Below are positions 25,535 to 32,000 of a stretch of DNA of 32,000 nt, piece after piece (positions within the stretch are counted from its first letter, which is position 1; each line of letters begins with the position of its first letter). Both the position numbers and the translations under genes were made by a program. The notes under the pieces are model-generated. The model ran no database searches, was not told where the DNA came from, and saw only the letters and a program-made list of their open reading frames with translations. The stretch comes from Candidatus Brocadia sp. (GTDB lineage Bacteria > Planctomycetota > Brocadiia > Brocadiales > Brocadiaceae): contig CP091279.1 in NCBI GenBank assembly GCA_021650915.1, forward strand, positions 3,720,001 to 3,752,000. The letters run 5' to 3'.

Positions 25535-25792
25535 GAAAGCCATTCCCAATGAGGCAATTATCTTTGATAAGAGGGAGTTTGTTTGTTAAAGAAATTTACA
25601 AATATTCTTAAAATTAAGGTAAATTTTCTGCTTGATAAAACCTGTTTTATGCTATTAATTTTTTAGTAATATTTACCGAATATATTACTGAATTAAACAG
25701 GTCAGAAGACTTGGATATAATAAACAAGTTGTTATTTATCGTTTTTATGTCTTCTATTATGAAATGAGTATTGTTTTTGTTGGTACGATTTG

Positions 25793-26770
25793 ATGATTAG
25801 AGAAAAAGCCCCTATATTTACTATTCCACTAAAGCGTATTGAAGGTTTTTTAGCCGATATAATCTGCTTTAGAGATGCCAAGGCGAGAACGAATCATCCT
25901 GCCTTAGCGTTTGTAATTGGTGTTCATAACGAAAGCCGCTTAGAGGTATGGGATAAATTTTTAATCAAGCACGAATATAAGATATCTAAACAGCATGGTG
26001 AAAATTTTGTGGATGTAACCAATGATAGCAATCTCATTCACAGACAAGGAAACATTGTCCCCGGCGCAATGACTGTTTCCAAGATCATCCTTCCCTTGGA
26101 AATTATCTTCTCGGAATTGGAAATTTCTTCGGTAAATATAAAATTTACTGGTTCTGCTTACTATAACGAAAGAACATGCAATTTGTTTTTATGGCAGTTT
26201 GTAAGTAATGATTATATCCAAATTGAAGTAAAAACGTATCAATGCGACAGGACAATCGCTACAACTATTATCTTGGGCAGGTTAAAAGCCGCCGGTAAGC
26301 AGGTCAAAGAAATCGATGAATCGACAGTAAACAAAAAATGTCTGTCAAGGGTACAAACTTACTTCGAGACCTTGGGAATTAAAAGTAATTTTTATCTACA
26401 GAAAGAAGAATACAAGGATTACACCTATCCTCTTGCCTATATAGCTTCATTACCATCAGCAGAAATTGTAAATCAGCTGTCTGGGCAGGGAGGTATGATT
26501 AATATACTGCGTATGGATTTTGGCAGTTATGAACGAATTCCCATTACCGGGGACAGAGGTCCTGAGGTGAAGCTTGCGAGGGCAAAGAAGAGAAATACCT
26601 TTAATAAGATCATGGCTGAAATCGCTGAAGGACTTGTTACATATTATCGCGGTCTTGCTATCGTAAATCCTATCGCAAAATTTCACAATTCCAAAGAACC
26701 TGTTATAGGCGCTATTAATAAGTTGATAAGTACCGATCATCAGGAAAAAGAATTCATAGCACCTACCTGA
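25793..26770 (+). CDS. hypothetical protein with divergent MaoC-like hot-dog (hydratase) signature
   Basis: 325 aa from ATG 25793 (TTG 25790 is adjacent). The segment NFVDVTNDSNLIHRQGNIVPGAMT resembles the MaoC/R-hydratase motif F-x-x-[LV]-[ST]-G-D-x-N-P-[LIV]-H...GM. Asp and His are retained; Gly is replaced by Asn and Pro by Leu. The rest is unrecognised. Confidence 0.55.
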   Translation: MIREKAPIFTIPLKRIEGFLADIICFRDAKARTNHPALAFVIGVHNESRLEVWDKFLIKHEYKISKQHGENFVDVTNDSNLIHRQGNIVPGAMTVSKIILPLEIIFSELEISSVNIKFTGSAYYNERTCNLFLWQFVSNDYIQIEVKTYQCDRTIATTIILGRLKAAGKQVKEIDESTVNKKCLSRVQTYFETLGIKSNFYLQKEEYKDYTYPLAYIASLPSAEIVNQLSGQGGMINILRMDFGSYERIPITGDRGPEVKLARAKKRNTFNKIMAEIAEGLVTYYRGLAIVNPIAKFHNSKEPVIGAINKLISTDHQEKEFIAPT

Positions 26771-27052
26771 TATAGTTTATACACACCAAATTGATGGACA
26801 TTATTCCTCTTATAACTTGCACGTTTGTAGAATTGTGTCCAACACAACGCTAAACTTAAATAATATTAGGATAGAATGCGAGAGATGCTTCTTGGGTTAA
26901 AAGAGCGGGATTTTATTATCTATCAAGAAAAAACCTTTTTAACAATCTCAGTCGTAAGCACTTCAATTTTTACACAAACAATATCTGGTACTGCTGGCAG
27001 GGTATTACAACCTCTCTTGCAGACCAATTAAGTGTGCAGTTTTGTGTACTTC

Positions 27053-28825
27053 ATGCGAATATATTCATTACAAGATTTTATCAAGTATTTAGAAACAACC
27101 GGTGAGTTGATACGGATCAAAACCGAAGTGGATGCAAAATTGGAAGTGGTCGAAATTTCCATTCGAGCACTCCGCGAAAATATGCCTGCCCTCCTCTTTG
27201 AAAATGTTCGCGGTTCCCGATTCCCTCTTGCCATGAACGTCCTTGCCAGCGAAAAACGGATTGAGCTGGCGCTGGGCAAACATCCCAACCAGCTTGGCGA
27301 TGAGTTGATCACCTTCATGGAAGAGGCTTTACCTCCAAAACCGAAGGTGTTCTTTCAACACCCGGGTATAGTAGGACGGCTGTTTTGCACTCTTCCTAAA
27401 ACAATATCCAGACCCCCATCTCAGCAAGTGATGTGCAGCCCTAATTTAAATGAGTTTCCTATTACGACCAGCTGGCCAGAGGACGGCGGACGTTTTATTA
27501 CCCTGCCTCAGGTTTTTACGTACGACCCTCAAACAAAAAAACGAAATGTAGGAATGTACCGCATGCAGCTTTTTGACGAACGAACGACTGGGATGCACTG
27601 GCAGATTCAAAAAGGAGGCGGATTTCACTATTATCGCGCAAAAAAGATGGGGAAGGAATTCCAAATTGCCGTGGCACTGGGAACTGATCCTGCGCTTTTG
27701 CTGGCAACCGTTGCAGCATTGCCAGAAGGGATCGATGAAGTTATGTTCAGCGGTTTCCTGCGCGGCAAAAGGACAAGAATGGCAAGGGGCAAAACGATTT
27801 CCTTACTTGTGCCTGCCGATGCCGAATTTATTCTTGAAGGAACAGTTCATTTGACGGAGTTACGCATGGAAGGTCCCTTTGGCGACCATTTCGGACATTA
27901 TTCTAACGCCGCCGAGTTTCCTGTCTTCTCTATTAATACCATTACCCACCGCAGAAATCCTATTTATCCGGCAACGGTTGTGGGACGTCCGCCCATGGAA
28001 GATAAATACCTGGGAAATGCAACCCAGCAGGTGTTGGGTCCGCTGATCCGTCTGATTCATCCGGAAATCTGCGATCTTTGGGCTTATTATGAAGCAGGGT
28101 TTCATAATCTGCTCGTGGTAGCTGTCGAAGAACGATACCGTAAAGAGGCAATGAAAACCGCACTTTCCATCATGGGTGAAGGACAACTTTCTCTCACCAA
28201 ATGTATTATTACCGTTTCTGAGGATGTCAATCCCCGTGACTTTCATGCAGTTCTCCGGGCCATCCGTGAAAATTTTGATCCTGCATATGATTTTATTATG
28301 ATTCCAAAGGTACCACTGGATACCCTCGATTTTACCAGTTATAAAATGAATTTAGGAAGCAAAATGATCATTGATGCCACGAAGGGCAAATCCGGGAATG
28401 TTGTGTGGGAAGATTCGCTCAAAGTCCAAGATTTTGAGCGTTTATTGAAAATCGCTGATGCAAGAATAGAGGACTGGAATATCATTGACGAAACGTTATT
28501 GGTTGTCACGGTGCCTGATAATGGGAAAGAAATAGTTACGAAATTAACAAAATCTCCCGAAATCATCGGGCCAAAAATCATTGCGGCAGTGAGTCCCGAT
28601 GTTAATGTTCGTGACCTGGAACAAACTATCTGGGGAATATTCACCCGATTCGATGCTGAACGGGACATGGTGTTTACTCAGGAGAAATTGGTGGGTATTA
28701 GCCCTGTATTCAGAGGGAAAATGGGTATTGATGCCACGTGGAAGAGGGGCTATCCTTTACCACTTGTCATGACGGATGAAATAATTGATCACGTAGACAA
28801 GCAATGGGATACCTACTGGAAATAG
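27053..28825 (+). CDS. UbiD-family (prFMN-dependent) decarboxylase, long form
   Basis: ORF 27032-28825 trimmed to ATG 27053. N-terminus LQDFIKYLETTGELIRIKTEVDAKLEVVEI...PALLFENVRGS. Blocks TSWPEDGGRFITLP, NVGMYRMQ and EGPFGDHFGHY are typical of UbiD. At ~590 aa it carries a C-terminal extension relative to the ~490-aa canonical UbiD, as far as I remember that length. Confidence 0.85.
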   Translation: MRIYSLQDFIKYLETTGELIRIKTEVDAKLEVVEISIRALRENMPALLFENVRGSRFPLAMNVLASEKRIELALGKHPNQLGDELITFMEEALPPKPKVFFQHPGIVGRLFCTLPKTISRPPSQQVMCSPNLNEFPITTSWPEDGGRFITLPQVFTYDPQTKKRNVGMYRMQLFDERTTGMHWQIQKGGGFHYYRAKKMGKEFQIAVALGTDPALLLATVAALPEGIDEVMFSGFLRGKRTRMARGKTISLLVPADAEFILEGTVHLTELRMEGPFGDHFGHYSNAAEFPVFSINTITHRRNPIYPATVVGRPPMEDKYLGNATQQVLGPLIRLIHPEICDLWAYYEAGFHNLLVVAVEERYRKEAMKTALSIMGEGQLSLTKCIITVSEDVNPRDFHAVLRAIRENFDPAYDFIMIPKVPLDTLDFTSYKMNLGSKMIIDATKGKSGNVVWEDSLKVQDFERLLKIADARIEDWNIIDETLLVVTVPDNGKEIVTKLTKSPEIIGPKIIAAVSPDVNVRDLEQTIWGIFTRFDAERDMVFTQEKLVGISPVFRGKMGIDATWKRGYPLPLVMTDEIIDHVDKQWDTYWK

Positions 28826-28834
28826 GTAGGTGGT

Positions 28835-29059
28835 TTATATAATATTAAAATGCGTACCATCACAAAAAGGCGGATTATGGGTACGTTGACAGTTGCAGAT
28901 TGCTACCTGTTTTCTTTCAGCTATTTTGAATACCTGCGGTTCAAATTCAGTTCCCTGATGCGAACCATCACAGAAAGGCTGTTTTTTCGTCTCTCCGCAC
29001 GTACACCAATAATATGTTCCCGGTTCCAGGGTAACAACAATGGGCATCTTTTTCCCCAT
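28835..29059 (-). CDS. double-CDGSH iron-sulfur domain protein
   Basis: 74 aa with two CDGSH-type motifs: CTCGETKKQPFCDGSH and CNCQRTHNPPFCDGTH. Confidence 0.85.
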   Translation of the reverse strand: MGKKMPIVVTLEPGTYYWCTCGETKKQPFCDGSHQGTEFEPQVFKIAERKQVAICNCQRTHNPPFCDGTHFNII

Positions 29060-29387
29060 GTTATGTTTCTCCTTTGATATTTTTTTAAGGTAAGAGTATC
29101 TAATTTTTCTCTATTTTAGCAAAAAACGATATTTCGTCTAGTGTCTTTATAAATAAATTTTATCACCATTAATTTTATTCGGAATGAGTCGGAAGTGTGT
29201 TAAGCAGAAACGTACAAATCCACGGATAAAATTTTGCTAAAAAAGAATCAAACAGCAAAAGGTCTGTAAGTTTTTTAGAGAGAAGGTGATGAATAACGGC
29301 GAATAAATTCAACGTGAGGTATGTATTTGTGCAATCATACATCAACGAATTCTTATAGAAAGATGGGATAATACCTGTATGAGTATT

Positions 29388-29403
29388 TGGCATGCGAACT
29401 GCT
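29388..29403 (+). promoter_or_regulatory. candidate sigma54 (-24/-12) promoter TGGCAT-N5-CTGCT
   Basis: TGGCATGCGAACTGCT has the GG-N10-GC spacing of the consensus TGGCAC-N5-TTGCW. It lies 250 nt upstream of the polysaccharide-export gene on the same strand. Confidence 0.35.
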
Positions 29404-29652
29404 CACTTCATTAAAAGCATCTTGACCGTATGTATTTAAAAACAAATTGATATTTTCGGATAGTGTCTCATTTTGAAGATGGAAGGAGCATGTATTGATG
29501 GGTTTCACCGATTCTCAAAAATACTCTTAAGATATTATGAATTTAAAACTTAAAGAAGTATCATGCTTTGTCGATAATATGCCGTGTCTTATTTAGTCAA
29601 TTTAAGAAAAGCATATTATGTGTTTCTAATTTTTAAAAAAAGGGTGGTGAAG

Positions 29653-30495
29653 ATGATAAAATATGTTGTGATTTTGTTCATATTGTGTAGTAACTTTATT
29701 CCATTAACACTCTGTTACGCTGAAGAAAGTAAAGGCGTTCAGTATACTGTTGGTGTGGATGATGTGCTTAACATAAGCGTACATGGGCATGATAACCTCA
29801 GGACGGAAGCAACTGTAACGTCAGATGGTTCAATATCTTTTCCATATATAGGAACCCTTTATGTTAAAGGAATGAGTTTGCCTGAGATCGAAAAGGAAAT
29901 AGCAAACAGGCTTGCAAGCGGTTATATAAAATACCCTGTTGTCGCTATAACTTTGTCAACCTCCAAGAGTATGAAATTTTTTGTGTATGGTGAGGTTAAA
30001 AACCCGGGAAGATACATCCTTGAAGATAATATGACGGTATTAAAAGCCATTTCAGCAGCGGGGGGTATTACCCCAGATGGATTTTATGGTAATGTAAAGC
30101 TACGACGTAAGCAGAAAGATAGAAAAGAGTATAAGGAATTTGATATAGATCTTAAAAACACAAAAGAGAGTAGCATCAACGGCGATATGCCAATTGAATC
30201 TGAGGATATCGTAGTTATTGACCGTAGCTATAATTTTTTTGTATATGGTGAAGTTATGAAGCCGGGTAAATTTACGCTTGAGGATTACACAACAGTCCTG
30301 AAGGCCATATCCCTTGCTGGAGGTTTCGCGAAATATGGTTCTCTTGACAGAGTCAAAATCCTTCGAACAATTCCAGGTAAAACAGAATATGAAAATATCA
30401 AAGTTGATATGAAAGGTGCCGTGAATGGGCAAGTTGGTAAAGATATCCGTTTAAAACCAGAAGATATAGTAGTCGTGTTAGAAGGCATTCTTTAA
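29653..30495 (+). CDS. polysaccharide export protein (Wza/Poly_export + two SLBB domains)
   Basis: ORF 29584-30495 trimmed to ATG 29653 (GGTGGTGA upstream). Signal peptide. YTVGVDDVLNISVHGHDNL...DGSISFPYIGTLYVKGMSLPEIEKEIANRLASGYIKYPVVAITL is the Poly_export block. Two SLBB-like repeats: FFVYGEVKNPGRYILEDNMTVLKAISAAGG and FFVYGEVMKPGKFTLEDYTTVLKAISLAGG. Confidence 0.85.
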   Translation: MIKYVVILFILCSNFIPLTLCYAEESKGVQYTVGVDDVLNISVHGHDNLRTEATVTSDGSISFPYIGTLYVKGMSLPEIEKEIANRLASGYIKYPVVAITLSTSKSMKFFVYGEVKNPGRYILEDNMTVLKAISAAGGITPDGFYGNVKLRRKQKDRKEYKEFDIDLKNTKESSINGDMPIESEDIVVIDRSYNFFVYGEVMKPGKFTLEDYTTVLKAISLAGGFAKYGSLDRVKILRTIPGKTEYENIKVDMKGAVNGQVGKDIRLKPEDIVVVLEGIL

Positions 30496-30504
30496 GGGGG
30501 TGGT

Positions 30505-32000
30505 ATGAACTCGAATTTTCCCGGAAATACTTTGCGAGACTATTTAAGAATTATATTCAGACATAAGGCCGTAATTATAACCACATTTGTAGCCATAATG
30601 GTAAGTGTTGTCATTGGGATGGAACTTAAGACGCCGATTTATACCGCCCAAGTTAAGATGCTCATCTCGGCAGAAAAGCTGATTGAATCTCCTTATTATA
30701 AGGTTCTGGGTGGTTATCAACAGACAGAAATATCTCTTACTCAGAGTGAGATTGTCAATTCCAATCCTGTAATTGAGCGTGCTGTAAAGGCACTTATGCT
30801 TGATCAACGTCCATTTGATTACGAAAAAAATTATTGTTCTCCGCTTAAAGCATATTTAATTGATTTATGGCATACGATGTCGAAACCTGCAGTCGATTTA
30901 ATAAGCTCAGGGCTTAAGGCATCGAATTCCAATACCACTTTACCGGAAAATGAACAGTCGTATCCTTTTCGATTTGCGGTCGAAAGCCTCAAAGCTAAGA
31001 TATCAGTTGATCCAATAAGAGACACCAATTTATTCACAATAACCGCCAGTGACTTTAACCCAAGAACAGCCGCTATGATTGCAAATGTAGTTAGCCGTTC
31101 ATATATCATTTTTGATCTTGAGCAGCAACTGGCTGAACTCCAGTTACAATATGGAGAAAAACATCCGACTGTAGCACAATTAAAGGATAATATTAGTAAG
31201 ATGATCAAAAATCTTACCGGCGAAACACTTTCTAACATAGAGGCCATTGGTCCGGCAAGTGTTAAAATTGTTGAACAGGCGCAAGTTCCCCTTCAACCAA
31301 CAGGAACCAATAAACGTATTACCCTCCTTATTGCCTTTTTTATGAGCCCCTTTTTGGGAATTATGATTGCCTTCGGATTCGAGTATCTTGACCACACTTT
31401 TAAATCCCCACAAGATGTGGAAACGTTTCTCAATTTACCACTTCTGGGCTCTATCCCCAAAAAAGGTTTCAAAGATAAAACACTGATTAAAGATTCAAAA
31501 CGAATGATCGCTTTTACTCCTGCTTACCAGAACCTTTCTGATCAGATATATCTTTTAATGAAGGATAAAGGCTTAAAATCAATTTTAATGACCGCGCCTT
31601 CACCTTCGGACGGATCTACCACTATCATTGCCAATCTTGCCAATTTTCTATCAAGCAAAGCAGGCCATAAGGTGATGGTTATTGATGCCAACTTAAGGAC
31701 GCCGACAATCCACAAAGTCTTCAATATTTCTGGTAATACGGGTCTTGCGAATGTGCTCGAAGGTAAAGTCTCTTTGGAAGCGGCAGCTCATGAATTAAGT
31801 GCTAATTTGACGGTGTTGCCTGCTGGTAATACTACCCTTAATTCAACACCCCTCTTAGACTCAGCCCGTATGGCCAATATAATCTCATCGGTTAAAGAAA
31901 AGTATGAATTAATTTTTATTGACTACGCGAATTTAAGAAATTTTAAAGATGCTTGTGTTCTTTGTCCATATTTAGACGGAATTGCCTTGGTTGTGAGTGA
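30505..32000 (+). CDS. Wzz-type chain-length determinant fused to a BY-kinase-like P-loop domain (5' partial; runs off the right edge)
   Basis: Not in the ORF track because it has no stop. I translated 30505-32000 by hand and found 498 codons with no stop. N-terminal TM helix (AVIITTFVAIMVSVVIG), a Wzz-like periplasmic coiled region, a second TM helix (ITLLIAFFMSPFLGIMIAFGF), then FLNLPLLGSIP and a MinD/BY-kinase-like domain (ILMTAPSPSDGSTTIIANLA, VMVIDANLRTPTIH, ELIFIDYAN). Confidence 0.8.
   Translation, partial: MNSNFPGNTLRDYLRIIFRHKAVIITTFVAIMVSVVIGMELKTPIYTAQVKMLISAEKLIESPYYKVLGGYQQTEISLTQSEIVNSNPVIERAVKALMLDQRPFDYEKNYCSPLKAYLIDLWHTMSKPAVDLISSGLKASNSNTTLPENEQSYPFRFAVESLKAKISVDPIRDTNLFTITASDFNPRTAAMIANVVSRSYIIFDLEQQLAELQLQYGEKHPTVAQLKDNISKMIKNLTGETLSNIEAIGPASVKIVEQAQVPLQPTGTNKRITLLIAFFMSPFLGIMIAFGFEYLDHTFKSPQDVETFLNLPLLGSIPKKGFKDKTLIKDSKRMIAFTPAYQNLSDQIYLLMKDKGLKSILMTAPSPSDGSTTIIANLANFLSSKAGHKVMVIDANLRTPTIHKVFNISGNTGLANVLEGKVSLEAAAHELSANLTVLPAGNTTLNSTPLLDSARMANIISSVKEKYELIFIDYANLRNFKDACVLCPYLDGIALVVS

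Noticed and set aside
25533-25589. 18-codon mini-ORF (MKAIPNEAIIFDKREFVC) right after the putative promoter
   Set aside because: Its ATG overlaps the -10 hexamer, so it would lie upstream of the predicted transcription start. There is no ribosome-binding site.
26995-27021. TGGCAG ... TTGCA resembling a sigma54 promoter upstream of the UbiD gene
   Set aside because: The GG-to-GC spacing is 21 nt instead of 10, so it is not a -24/-12 element.
29175-29393. 72-aa - strand ORF in the intergenic region upstream of the EPS genes
   Set aside because: No ribosome-binding site or motif, odd composition, and it sits in an AT-rich promoter region. It overlaps the candidate sigma54 promoter and is not supportable as a gene.
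30544-31724. Four - strand ORFs (60-138 aa) listed in the ORF track
   Set aside because: The + strand frame from 30505 is open to the window end and encodes recognisable Wzz and P-loop blocks. The track omits it only because it has no stop codon in the window.
1-32000. Search for mobile elements, prophage genes, toxin-antitoxin pairs or known defence-system signatures
   Set aside because: I recognised no integrase, transposase, recombinase or terminal inverted repeats, and no typical defence domains apart from the PIN-like HARP. The HARP gene is better explained by the RNase P / RNA ligase partner family.

Overview
AT-leaning bacterial chromosomal segment. I found no rRNA, tRNA, CRISPR array, transposase or integrase. 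All calls rest on motif recognition and start/stop geometry read by eye; no database search was possible.

(1) 204-18788, + strand: 19 genes form one translationally coupled operon. Junctions are mostly 1-14 nt overlaps or gaps of 27 nt or less, and the operon ends at a bidirectional intrinsic terminator (18956-18989). It encodes:
- a type II FAS/PKS core resembling aryl-polyene synthases: two Cys-His-His ketosynthases, each followed by a Cys-less KS-like partner, plus FabG, a dedicated ACP and FabZ, with no enoyl reductase;
- a PaaK-like adenylating enzyme;
- two radical SAM enzymes (one SPASM type, one B12-binding type);
- two SAM methyltransferases;
- a CrtI-family flavoenzyme;
- an MMPL exporter, a GT2 glycosyltransferase and a PlsC-type acyltransferase.
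From memory, this gene set matches the cluster that comparative genomics proposed for ladderane-lipid biosynthesis in anammox Planctomycetes (Brocadiales). That proposal has never been shown biochemically. The taxon assignment is my inference.

(2) 19034-25293:
- a lipoprotein with a long PEVP/PEAP spacer, which contains a perfect 9-bp x7 tandem array, and seven tandem CxxC-x9-HxC modules;
- a DHH/DHHA1 phosphoesterase with a degenerate TrkA-N-like head;
- an archaeal-type (Pab1020-family) RNA ligase, convergent with a HARP / RNA-free RNase P homolog (the MJ_0950 RNA ligase partner family);
- a GlmU-like beta-helix gene 10 nt upstream of the HARP gene.

(3) 25315-32000:
- an orphan protein with a divergent MaoC-like hot-dog signature, downstream of a 475-bp AT-rich region that carries a near-consensus sigma70 promoter;
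- a long-form UbiD decarboxylase, tail-to-tail with a double-CDGSH protein;
- the start of an exopolysaccharide export locus: a Wza-like protein, then a Wzz/BY-kinase-like protein whose Walker A, A' and B motifs are all degenerate. A candidate sigma54 promoter lies upstream.
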